NCBI GenBank assembly: GCA_963833985.1
Contig: CAWIAD010000002.1
Location: forward strand, 2,592,001 to 2,656,000
Length of the DNA stretch: 64,000 bases
Direction of reading: 5' to 3'
DNA from: an uncultured Planctomycetaceae bacterium
GTDB taxonomy: Bacteria; Planctomycetota; Planctomycetia; Isosphaerales; Isosphaeraceae
Each line of letters opens with the position of its first letter. The stretch's first letter is position 1. The notes beneath the pieces are model-generated. The model was not told the DNA's origin, did not search any database, and saw nothing but the letters and a program-made list of their open reading frames with translations. A program made the translations under genes and the position numbers. Shown here piece after piece: positions 20,303 through 29,348 of this stretch.

Positions 20303-23278
20303 TCAGAGCGGGACCAGAGTCGTGCCGGCCAGCCAGTCGTGCGGTCCGCGATGACGCCACCGTAGCCCGATCGCCAGGTAGACGGCCAGGAGCAGCACGG
20401 CCCCGAGCCACAGGGCATGTGCCAGGCCGGCATCCTCGGGGACGCCATGCTGTGGCAGGCTCGCGCCGGCCAGCAGGACGGTGGGCAGCATCCAGACCAG
20501 CAGGGCCCGGAGCCCGCAAGCCAGGCGGCTGGCCCGGCGTCCGTCCTTGCGTGCCAGGGCGATGCCGGCCACGGAAAAGCTCAGTCCGCCCCGCGTCAGG
20601 AACGCCCAGACGATCCAGCAGCCGGGAATGGCGGCAAGCAGCGTTAGATTGTTCGGGTACATCTCCGGCTCGAGCTCGAGCACGGGTCGGGAGAGGGCCA
20701 GCATTCCCGCCAGTCCCGGGAGCAGGAATAACCCCTGAATTCCCAGGTGGACCGCGCGGCGGACCAGGCTGATTTCGGCGGGGCGGACCGCCGCCGTGTC
20801 AAGCTCCACGCGCAGGCTCTGGAGCGAGCTGAACGGAGCGCGGGTCTCGGTCAACCGGTCGAGGATCCACCGCGCGTGCTCCGGAACCGCAGCCTGGATC
20901 CGCCGGCCGCTCACCGCCGAGCGCCGGGAGATCCGCCCTGACGCGGTGCCCGGCTCGGGTTGTTCCGAGGCAGCCGGCTGCACGCCGGGCTGGAGCTGCT
21001 GCTTCGCCGGGCGTCTTCCTGAACCCTCCAGTGCCAGACGGGCCACCTCGGCGATGAACTCCAGCAGTTCGTGGTCGCGGCTGCCGCGGGCGAACGAGCC
21101 GCCCGGCAGCTCCCGGGTGGATCCCCCGGCCGGGTCCGGCGCCGCGGGCCTGTCAGGTACCAGCAGCGACCCGGAGTCGGATGGATGGAAGATGTCTACG
21201 AGCTGCACGCCGCCATCCGGCTGGATCCAGACCTGGTCGAGCGACAGCCGGCGCGGCAGCGTGGCATCGTCGCGAGCGGCCTCGAGCTCGGCGGCGAGCT
21301 GGCGGAGCATGGGCAGCACGTCGCCCCAGCCCAGCCCCTCGCTGCCGGCAAGCTCGCCGAGCGGGATGCCCGAGGGCGAGGTGAACGCATCCCAGCGCCC
21401 GCCGGCATGCTCGCCCCCGCCGATCCAGCGCGGGCGGCCATGGCGGCTCAGGGACCGGCGTGCGGGCGACGGCGGCGCCGTCCCTTCCCGCAGCACGATC
21501 CAGACCGGCCGCTCGAGCGTCGAGTCGTGCCCGAGCACGATCTTCTGATCGGGCTGCCAGCGGATCGCCCCGCGCACCAGGTAGGGACCGATCCGGTCCA
21601 GGGCCGGCGGCGCGGTGCTCGTCGTGCTCGTTGCGAGGCGCGAGTCGCTCAGGGCACGCAGCCGCCGGCCAGGAAGGCGCCGCCGGAATCGTTGCGTCTG
21701 GACCACCCGGGTCCCGCTCAGCCACTCGTGAGGGCCTCGAAAGCCGTTCCGCTTGCGCATCGTGGAGACCAGGGCGACCAGCCCCAGCCCCTTGACGATG
21801 CGGCCCAGGGCCCAGAACCTGATGAACATGCCGGCACCTTGGTTGGCAGGCTCCAGCTCAGCCACGAGCAGCGCCGGCAGCTCCGTGAGAGCGACAAACA
21901 CGAGGGTGCGCAGCAACACCCGCCCCAGCCCCGCGGGCCCCCCGCGATCCGCGGCAGTCACGCGCAGGCCCAGCAGCCATTTGCCCGCCGAGGCGCCGGT
22001 GAGGCCTTCCAGGGCGGCGAAGTAGAAAAACCAGATGCCCTGCCGGATCCAGCCGATGACCGCGGCGTTGCGCTCCAGGAACCTCTGCGTCTCGAAGAAC
22101 TCGCCATGGTGGAAGAGTATGATGATGCCGGATAGGGCCGAGTTCACGAGGTACGCCAGGCCAAGATCGATGCAGAAGGCGCCCAGACGCAGGCCGATCC
22201 CGGCCATCGACGACCCTCTGGGAACGAAGGGCAGCAGTGCGTCGTGGAGCTCTTGCAGGCTGCGCCAGCGACGGGCCGGATCGCGCTCCAGGCCGCGGTG
22301 AATGACGGCTTCCAGGGCTCGGGAGATGTCCGGGCGATGGCCGCGCAGGGGCGGCGCGGGCTCCGAGACGATCCGCGCCAGCGCCTCGGCCGCGTCCTTT
22401 GCCTGCACGGGGGGCCTGCCGGCCAGCAGGTAATAGAGCGTTGCCGCCACCGAGTACACATCGGTCCGCTCGTCCAGCTCGTCCCGCTTGATCTGCTCGG
22501 GCGATGCGTACAGCGGCGTGCCGACGAAGCTTCCCGTCCGGGTCAGGTCGGCTCCCCCTTCCAGCGACTTCGAGAGGCCGAAGTCGCCGATCTTCACCCG
22601 TCCCTGCTCGTCCAGGAAACAGTTCGAGGGCTTGACGTCGCGGTGGATCAAGCCGCGATTGTGGAACTGCTGAAGGCCCTCGATCACATCGAAGATCTTC
22701 AGGATGGCGGTCGCGGGATCGAGCGTGCCGGTCGTCTCCACCATGGTCTGGAGCGTCGTTCCGGGCATGAACTCCATGACGATGTACGGAGCACCCTGGA
22801 ACTCGTCGACGGCCAGCACGAAGACGCATCGGGGATGGGTGACCGCGCTGGCGAGCCGGCCCTCCTGGCGAAACCGCTCGACGGCCTCGCGCGAACCGAT
22901 CTGGTCTCGTTTGATCAGCTTCAAGGCCACCCGCTGGGCCTGCGTCTCGTCCTCGGCCTCGAACACGGTTCCCATGCCGCCGGCGCCCAGCTTGCGCACC
23001 AGCCGGTAACCGGCGATCTGCTCGGGGAATTCCTCATCGCCGGAGCTGCGGCCCTCCCGCTGACCGGGCCGGTATTCGGCCGTCTGAGAAAGCGTCGAGG
23101 GCTCGACCGGCTGTGTCGCGCCCGGGTCGACCCCCGACCCGGTGCCCCCGTCGGGCAAAGCCAGGGTCCGCACGGGCCGTTCGGCAACGGCCAGAGAGGA
23201 ACCGCAGTAGGCACAGAACGACGGCCGATCGCCCGAGTATTCCAGGACGCGCCGGCATCGTGGACAATCGATCTGCAT
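20303..23278 (-). CDS. Hanks-type Ser/Thr protein kinase with zinc ribbon and RDD domains
   Basis: CPRC...CAYC, LGAGGMG, VALK, HRDVKPSN, DFGL, GTPLYASPE, then RDD-like TM modules. Confidence 0.92.
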   Translation of the reverse strand: MQIDCPRCRRVLEYSGDRPSFCAYCGSSLAVAERPVRTLALPDGGTGSGVDPGATQPVEPSTLSQTAEYRPGQREGRSSGDEEFPEQIAGYRLVRKLGAGGMGTVFEAEDETQAQRVALKLIKRDQIGSREAVERFRQEGRLASAVTHPRCVFVLAVDEFQGAPYIVMEFMPGTTLQTMVETTGTLDPATAILKIFDVIEGLQQFHNRGLIHRDVKPSNCFLDEQGRVKIGDFGLSKSLEGGADLTRTGSFVGTPLYASPEQIKRDELDERTDVYSVAATLYYLLAGRPPVQAKDAAEALARIVSEPAPPLRGHRPDISRALEAVIHRGLERDPARRWRSLQELHDALLPFVPRGSSMAGIGLRLGAFCIDLGLAYLVNSALSGIIILFHHGEFFETQRFLERNAAVIGWIRQGIWFFYFAALEGLTGASAGKWLLGLRVTAADRGGPAGLGRVLLRTLVFVALTELPALLVAELEPANQGAGMFIRFWALGRIVKGLGLVALVSTMRKRNGFRGPHEWLSGTRVVQTQRFRRRLPGRRLRALSDSRLATSTTSTAPPALDRIGPYLVRGAIRWQPDQKIVLGHDSTLERPVWIVLREGTAPPSPARRSLSRHGRPRWIGGGEHAGGRWDAFTSPSGIPLGELAGSEGLGWGDVLPMLRQLAAELEAARDDATLPRRLSLDQVWIQPDGGVQLVDIFHPSDSGSLLVPDRPAAPDPAGGSTRELPGGSFARGSRDHELLEFIAEVARLALEGSGRRPAKQQLQPGVQPAASEQPEPGTASGRISRRSAVSGRRIQAAVPEHARWILDRLTETRAPFSSLQSLRVELDTAAVRPAEISLVRRAVHLGIQGLFLLPGLAGMLALSRPVLELEPEMYPNNLTLLAAIPGCWIVWAFLTRGGLSFSVAGIALARKDGRRASRLACGLRALLVWMLPTVLLAGASLPQHGVPEDAGLAHALWLGAVLLLAVYLAIGLRWRHRGPHDWLAGTTLVPL

Positions 23279-23458
23279 CAAGGCTTCCTGGATCGGTTCT
23301 CTGGGCCGGAGATGCGACGTCCGCAACGCGGCCAGACGGAGTCGCTGCGGTCCTGCCGCCTCGGCCGGTTCACCGGGCTCCGTCGATGGCGCGCTGAAAA
23401 ACGCAACTGCCTATCGTTGCGGTGGGCCGCGGAGGCGTCAAGCAAATCGCAAGGTTTG

Positions 23459-23701
23459 TCATCGCGATGGGTCCGGCGGCCCGGGCCGCCTGCTGAGCAA
23501 GCCGGACCCGGCCGAGGGCGGCCGGCTGAAGATCAGCCGGACCTGTTTTCTGGCCAGCACAAGGTACATCAGCGCCATGCAGATCGCAGAGGCGGTGCCG
23601 GTCCTCAGCCGGGCGATCTCCAGGGCCAGCTCGAACGCAAGGGCGAAGACCGCGACCCAGAGCATGATCTTGCCAATGGATACCTGGTGACCCCGGATCA
23701 T
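23459..23701 (-). CDS. Small two-TM hypothetical protein
   Basis: QVSIGKIMLWVAVFAL resembles the small planctomycete membrane proteins that start 'FSIRTLML'; co-oriented within the operon. Confidence 0.5.
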   Translation of the reverse strand: MIRGHQVSIGKIMLWVAVFALAFELALEIARLRTGTASAICMALMYLVLARKQVRLIFSRPPSAGSGLLSRRPGPPDPSR

Positions 23702-23717
23702 GCCGGTGCGCCATCCT

Positions 23718-24572
23718 TCAGGGTAAGGCGGCCTCCTGGTGCTTCCAGCTTGCCGCTTCCTCGCCGTCGATCCGCAGGGTCAGGCACTTGGCGCTGCCGC
23801 CGGACTTGATGAACTCGGAGAACTCCAGCGGGCAGACGCCGAACCCGAGGCTCTCCAGCGCCCGCGCCAGCTTGGGGGCGCCTCGATTGAGGATGACCGT
23901 GCGGCCGACGACCACCGCGTTGCAACTGAAGCTCACCGCCTCCTCGGCTGAGACCTCGATGAGCGGGTCGATGCGGTCCCTGAGCACCGAGCGGCCGTAC
24001 TCGTCGAAGGCGCCCGGATAGTACATCGCCGCCCCGGGCGCGATCGGGCAGAAGCAGGTATCCAGGTGGTAGAAGCGAGGGTCCACCAGCTCCATGGGCA
24101 GGACCGGAACGCCCAGCCGCTCGGCAACCCACTGGTGGCTCTTGACGTTGCTGCGGAAGCGGTAGCCGGCGAAGAGCGTGTCGCCGCAGAACAGCGCGTC
24201 CCCGGCACCCTCGAAGTTCATGCCCTCGGGCAGAGGCGTGATTGTGAATCCCTGCTCCCGCGCCCACCGCACGTAATGCAGGCTTTCTCCCTGCCGCACC
24301 CCGAAGCGAAAGTTCGCGGGCAGGAAGAGGTCGCGGAAGACCAGCCCGGCGTTGGCCGTGAACACCAGGTCCGGCAGCCCCGATACCGGCTCCAGCAGGT
24401 CCACCGTCACGCCCAGGTTGCGAAGTGTCCCATGCAGATCCTCCCACTGCGTGCGCGCCAGCACGGGGTCGCTGCCCTGCTGGAGGCTCATCCAGGGGTT
24501 GATCTCGTATTCGATGCCGAAATAATCAGGCGGACACATCAAGATGCGCGGCGATGTGGATGAAGCCGTCAC
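23718..24572 (-). CDS. Amidinotransferase/DDAH-family protein (arginine dihydrolase-like, AgrE/ArgZ N-terminal homologue)
   Basis: ILMCPPDYFGIEYEINPWM, PDLVFTANAG, FEGAGDA, FYHLDTCF, KSGGSAKCLTL; GTG start at 24572. Confidence 0.85.
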   Translation of the reverse strand: MTASSTSPRILMCPPDYFGIEYEINPWMSLQQGSDPVLARTQWEDLHGTLRNLGVTVDLLEPVSGLPDLVFTANAGLVFRDLFLPANFRFGVRQGESLHYVRWAREQGFTITPLPEGMNFEGAGDALFCGDTLFAGYRFRSNVKSHQWVAERLGVPVLPMELVDPRFYHLDTCFCPIAPGAAMYYPGAFDEYGRSVLRDRIDPLIEVSAEEAVSFSCNAVVVGRTVILNRGAPKLARALESLGFGVCPLEFSEFIKSGGSAKCLTLRIDGEEAASWKHQEAALP

Positions 24573-24589
24573 GGCGGTGCATCCCTCCG

Positions 24590-25891
24590 CTAGGACACGT
24601 CGCCGGCCGTTGTCGACCCCAGCTCCACGGCCAGGGATCGCACGAACGGCTCGACGTCGGTGACCAGCCCGATGGTCTGGAAGGTTCCCCGGTCGGTCAG
24701 CTTGGTCACCGTGGCCGGGTTGATGTCCACGCACACCACCTTCACCCAGGCGGGCAGCAGGTTGCCCGTGGCGATGGAGTGCAGGGCAGTGGCGATCAGG
24801 AGCGCGAAGCCGACGTCGCGGATGGCCTGCCGCATCCGGTCCTGTGCCGCGAGCGTGTCGCTGATCACCTCCGGCAGCGGCCCGTCGTCGCGGATCGAGC
24901 CGGCCAGGACCAGCTCGACGTTGTGCTTGATGCATTCGTACATGATGCCGGATGTCAGCAGGCCGGTCTCCACGGCACGTGCCATGCCGCCAGCCCGGCG
25001 GATGGCGTTGATGGCGCGGAGGTGGTGCTCGTGGCCGTGCTCGATGGGCTCGCCGCGCTCGATCGAGACACCCAGGCTCGTGCCATAGAGGGCCTGCTCG
25101 ACATCGTGCGTGGCCAGCGCATTGCCGGCGAAGAGCGTCTGGATCCAGCCCTCGCGGATGAGCCGGGCGACGTGGGGCACCGAGCCGGTGTGGACGATGG
25201 CCGGTCCGCCCACCAGCAGCACCTTCTTGCCGGCGGCCCTGGTGGCCCGGATCGCCCCGGCCACGCTCTTCAGACTGACCGACTTGGGCTTCTCGCTGGA
25301 AACCGTGGAGCTCATGAAGCCGAAGAGGGTGGACTCGCGCGGCCGCTCGACGGGCAGCACCCTCACGCCGGCATGGCCGACGACGATCGGCAGGCCGGGA
25401 CCGACGTGGATCATCGGCACGCACCGGGCCGTGCCGGCATTCACGTCCAGCGCGATGCCGCAGTCCATTTCCTGATCCTGAACGTCGACCCAGCGGCTCC
25501 TCAGCCGCACCTGGGTGTGCTGGTTGGTCGTGCTGTAAAAGCCGTCCGGGAAGGCACCCGCGATGTCGGCCGGCACCGCGCGGGCGTCCTCCGCGTGCAC
25601 CGGCGAGGCGCCATGCTCCACCAGGTCGCCGATGATCGCGTCAATTTCCTCCGGGCTGCCGGCACGGATGCCGATCCGGGCGTAGCTCGGGTCCGACCGG
25701 CGTACGCCGATCCGGCACTCCTGGATCTCGAAACTCCCCCCCATCTGCAAGATCCGATCCAGGATCTTCGGCAGGAGCAGCGAATCCACGATGTGGCCGC
25801 GGACCTCAATCTCATCCACCGCTGCGGATGCCGGTGCAGGGTGGGCAAAGCTCGGGCCGCTCGAGGCGGACCCTGGGCCTGGAAGTGTCAT
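24590..25891 (-). CDS. TIGR00300 family protein (LOR/SDH-like, ornithine cyclodeaminase-like; AgrE C-terminal homologue)
   Basis: GHIVDSLLLPKILD, FYSTTN, EMDC, FGFMSSTVSSEKPK, GNALATHD, LAGSIRDDGPLP, LHSIATGN, KLTDRG. Confidence 0.9.
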   Translation of the reverse strand: MTLPGPGSASSGPSFAHPAPASAAVDEIEVRGHIVDSLLLPKILDRILQMGGSFEIQECRIGVRRSDPSYARIGIRAGSPEEIDAIIGDLVEHGASPVHAEDARAVPADIAGAFPDGFYSTTNQHTQVRLRSRWVDVQDQEMDCGIALDVNAGTARCVPMIHVGPGLPIVVGHAGVRVLPVERPRESTLFGFMSSTVSSEKPKSVSLKSVAGAIRATRAAGKKVLLVGGPAIVHTGSVPHVARLIREGWIQTLFAGNALATHDVEQALYGTSLGVSIERGEPIEHGHEHHLRAINAIRRAGGMARAVETGLLTSGIMYECIKHNVELVLAGSIRDDGPLPEVISDTLAAQDRMRQAIRDVGFALLIATALHSIATGNLLPAWVKVVCVDINPATVTKLTDRGTFQTIGLVTDVEPFVRSLAVELGSTTAGDVS

Positions 25892-25996
25892 TGGCGGCTG
25901 TCCTCTGGTCATCCCGAATGACTGCCAACCGCCAGTCTGTGTGTGAACTGCCCTGATTGCAAGGGCATCTGCGGGGTCACCCTGTATCGGGCCCGC

Positions 25997-26689
25997 TCAT
26001 GCAGCCACGCACTTGCGTGGGCGCTTCCGCATCCAGCCCAGCCTGGCCACTGCTCCAATTGCGCACAGGAGCACGCTGGGCGGCTCGGGAACGGCGGCCG
26101 ACGACACGATGTCCAGTGCCCAGTTGCCGGTGCGCTGTATGCCGGAGGCGTCCCAGAAATAGCCGCTGGCTCCCGCCGGAGTGTTCGGAAACGACAGGGT
26201 GAAATTCGGGTTAGCCGCCTCGGAAAAGCCGTCGGCCAGAGTGCCGCTGGTGCTGCCGGTCGAAAGGTACTCTAAATAAGCATTTGCATAATTGTCGTAC
26301 TGCGTCAGAGCTACCGTGTAGGTCCCCGGGGCCAGCGCGTGTTCGGACAGCAGCGCGTCCCAGTTGCCGTTGTTGTAGTTGATGTCGTCGTTGAAGTCGA
26401 GATACCCTCCACCGGGGCCGAAGAGGGTGAGCAGGGTGTCAAACCCGCCGGCAGGAATGACCTGGCCTGCGTAGTTGGTTCCTCCCAGGAACGACCAGGT
26501 GCGGAGGGTAACGTCCGACGCCGCGCTGAGGGTGAACGTCTCGATCTGGACCTGGTTGTCCAGATTGAACGTCCCGGTGTAGGACACGCCGCCGGCGCGA
26601 CTGCCGCCAGGCCAGGCCAGCACGCCGCAGAGGACAACCGCGGACGCCAGCATCACGGGCGCCGGCACGCGAAAACCATGAGGATCCAT
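25997..26689 (-). CDS. PEP-CTERM sorting-domain protein (DVUA0089-like)
   Basis: Signal peptide; TLRTWSFLGG..GGFDTLLTLF; C-terminal VPEPPS + TM + RKR; AGGAG before ATG 26689. Confidence 0.85.
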   Translation of the reverse strand: MDPHGFRVPAPVMLASAVVLCGVLAWPGGSRAGGVSYTGTFNLDNQVQIETFTLSAASDVTLRTWSFLGGTNYAGQVIPAGGFDTLLTLFGPGGGYLDFNDDINYNNGNWDALLSEHALAPGTYTVALTQYDNYANAYLEYLSTGSTSGTLADGFSEAANPNFTLSFPNTPAGASGYFWDASGIQRTGNWALDIVSSAAVPEPPSVLLCAIGAVARLGWMRKRPRKCVAA

Positions 26690-26981
26690 TGATGTGTTCT
26701 CCTGAACCATTCCGATCGGATTCAGTCCGGACAGATAAACGAAAACCGCCATGTCGCCCGCGAGACCGTCGAATCTGCTGACCCAAATATCCGGGCTCAC
26801 TTCCGTATCAGGGTCTCCACGCCAAAGGTGGTCGCAAAGGTCGGCAAGAAGCTCGACTTAGAGGCGCCCGGAGTGCGCGGCATCGGCTTAAGAATACAAA
26901 AGGCGGGATCATCCCTTGAAGTCAGACTTCGTTACCAGCGGTCCGCCGAATCAAAGAGAAGAACATGCATGGACCACTTGT

Positions 26982-26997
26982 GGCAAGAGCCGTTCCA
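26982..26997 (-). promoter_or_regulatory. Putative sigma-54 promoter upstream of the PEP-CTERM gene
   Basis: Minus strand TGGAACGGCTCTTGCC, close to the consensus TGGCACG-N4-TTGC. Confidence 0.65.
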
Positions 26998-27065
26998 CAA
27001 TTCTCGGGAAAACTTCAAAATCATCGCTCTCTACCAGCGCAAGGCAGGGCGCCATGGCCCATGAA

Positions 27066-27082
27066 TGCATCAAATTGTTGCA
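27066..27082. promoter_or_regulatory. Palindromic enhancer-like site TGCA-N9-TGCA
   Basis: TGCATCAAATTGTTGCA, flanked by ATGAAT/ATTCAT, about 70-85 bp upstream of the -24 element. Confidence 0.45.
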
Positions 27083-27159
27083 AAAAAGATTCATGCGAGC
27101 AGACGGCGAGTGATCCAGCGCCCCGGGAACCGGTCCGCTCCGGGGGTTACAGGTCGATC

Positions 27160-28097
27160 TCAGCGCGACGGAGTGGCCGGGCCTTGCAGCGTGGCGGAAG
27201 CCGGTCCTGGTTCGTACTTCAGCTCGCCGGCCGTCACGGGCAGGCTCAGGCGGTTCTGCGGCGGAGCGAGCGGGCAGGTGGAGAACGGGATGTACGCGCA
27301 GGGCAGGTTCGTCGCCTTGTTGAAGTCCAGGATGAGGGTGTCCCCCACGGGCGCCGGAACCACGAGCTGGCGGGCTCCCCCGTGGGTCGTGCGGCCGCTC
27401 GTGCCGTCTCGAAAGACGAACCAGAAGGACCCGTCCGCCTCGCGTGCGGCCTGGAGCTTGTACGTCTTTCCTCCACGCTCGAAGACGGCGTGGCCCGGGC
27501 TGTCGCTCACCTCCGCTTCGCCGACCACCGTCTCGAAGGTCAGCTTCGTCTGCTCGGCCGCGGGGACAAACCGCGCGGTGATCCTCCAGCTCTCGTCGAT
27601 CGGATACCAGCGCAGGCCCGCGAACGTCCGCCGCGCCGGGCTCCGGTTGTCTTTCACCCGCAGGGCGTGCCGGTTGCCTCGCTTCAACAGGATGAGCCGT
27701 ACCTGAGCAATGGCCAGCACGTCGGCCTTGCCATCCGCGTCCGAGCGCATTTCCGTCTCGGTGACCGGCAGGCCGTTCCGGGTAACCGGGACGCCGGCCC
27801 CGGCGCAAAGAGCCCGCGGCCGTCCCGCAAGATGAGACTCCCCGCGACACCAGGCGATCCCTCGGGCAGCATGATGTCGCAGGTTGGATCGCTGCCCAGC
27901 GTCGTCTCGCCCTCGTGCAGCCAGTGCAACCCCACGACGCTCAGCCAGCCGTCCTCGGCCTTGAGCGCTTCCTGCCTTTGCTGGCGGAACCGCGCCATGT
28001 CTTGCCGGTACGCATCGTCTCCCCGCACGGCCGGCAGCAAGCCGCACCCTGCCAGTGCCGCCAGACACCCCCCGATCATCCAATGACGAATCAACAC
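27160..28097 (-). CDS. DUF1684 domain protein; frameshift near 27785
   Basis: DGWLSVVGLHWL in the N-terminal frame; FRDGTSGRTTHGGAR..LDFNKATNLPCAY..CPLAPPQNRL..AGE in the C-terminal frame. Confidence 0.88.
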
Positions 28098-28231
28098 GTA
28101 AAGGCCCTCATGCTCGTGGACGGTGGATCGCGGATGGGAGGGTCACGGGTGCCATTGCTTATGCTTATACCAGAAACCAGGGCCGCGCCGCACGAGCAGC
28201 GCGGCAGCCGCCGGCCCGGCCCGTTGCAAGT

Positions 28232-29251
28232 TCAGGGCGCCACATGAAGGGTTGCGGTCAGGTCCAGCGGGGGTTCACCGGCGAGGTCGGTGTGCACGCG
28301 GAAGAGATGCCTCAGGTCGCCGCGGGTGCTTCCCTCCTCCGGTTTGTACACCACCGTCAGGATGTGCGTCGTCTTCTTCGCGGGATCCGCGGGCTGCACC
28401 GCGAAGCCGTCCCCGCTTCCTTCCACGGCCCTGATGGTGAACGGATGCGCGCCGCGGATCAGGAACCGGCCCTGCTTGCCGGCCGCCGAGGTCACCTCGC
28501 CCATCGCCAGAATCGAAGGTGCCGCGCTCAGCTCACCGCGCACGTAAGCCGTCACCAGGATCGGGATGCTCGGGGCCTCCCGATCGTTGCTCAGCAGCCG
28601 GATCTCGTCGCGCAGTGGGCCGGCTGGCGCATCCGGCTTGATACCCACGGTGAGCGCATAGCTCACGTTTCCCTTGGGGTCGCGGCGTGACTCGACCAGC
28701 TGTGCCGAAAGTGCGCGGCTGGCCGAGACCATGCGCTCGAACCGCCATCCCGGCGCACCGATGCGGTCGATCGACAGCACCTGGCTGGGCGTCTGGCCCC
28801 GTGCGACGGTGCCGAAGTCGACCGAGCCGGGGTTCAGGACGATGTCGGCAAGAATGTTCGAGGTGACGCCCAGGCGCACCTCCGCCTCGCGTCCGCCGGC
28901 CGTCACCAGGGTCACGAACAGGACGGTGGCCTTGATGCCCAGGAAGTTGCGCGTGTCCATCTGTGCCTGGATGACCGCGCTGCCGCCAGGCGCCAGCACC
29001 GAGGTGCTCGCCTTGCCGCTGGTGCAGCCGCACGAGGGCCGGAGATTGAGGATCGTCACCGGTTCCGCCAGCCGGTTCGTCATCACGAAGTCGTGCTTGA
29101 CAATCGCCCCGCGTGGCACCGGGCCGAAATCGAACGCACGCTCGCCGAAGAGCGAGTCGGCCCAGCCCGCCGCCTGGACCGGTGCGAGGGCCGGCCCCAG
29201 AACGAAGCATGGAACCACCAAGGCCACGCACAGAAGCCCGCGTCGAGTCAT
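28232..29251 (-). CDS. DUF1573 domain secreted protein
   Basis: Signal peptide, FDFGPVPRG, RPSCGCT and repeated Ig-like modules. Confidence 0.85.
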   Translation of the reverse strand: MTRRGLLCVALVVPCFVLGPALAPVQAAGWADSLFGERAFDFGPVPRGAIVKHDFVMTNRLAEPVTILNLRPSCGCTSGKASTSVLAPGGSAVIQAQMDTRNFLGIKATVLFVTLVTAGGREAEVRLGVTSNILADIVLNPGSVDFGTVARGQTPSQVLSIDRIGAPGWRFERMVSASRALSAQLVESRRDPKGNVSYALTVGIKPDAPAGPLRDEIRLLSNDREAPSIPILVTAYVRGELSAAPSILAMGEVTSAAGKQGRFLIRGAHPFTIRAVEGSGDGFAVQPADPAKKTTHILTVVYKPEEGSTRGDLRHLFRVHTDLAGEPPLDLTATLHVAP

Positions 29252-29348
29252 CTTCGCCTCCTGCGATCCGCCTATGATCCTCCCAGCGCTCGATGCAACC
29301 TGAGCGCGTCTCCTCTGGTTTTCCTATCGGAAGGATCAGCCGGAGCGC

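Noticed and set aside
26700..26970. Riboswitch (for example c-di-GMP) in the PEP-CTERM leader; also considered 61400-61560
   Set aside because: No recognisable aptamer consensus by eye; needs an Rfam search.
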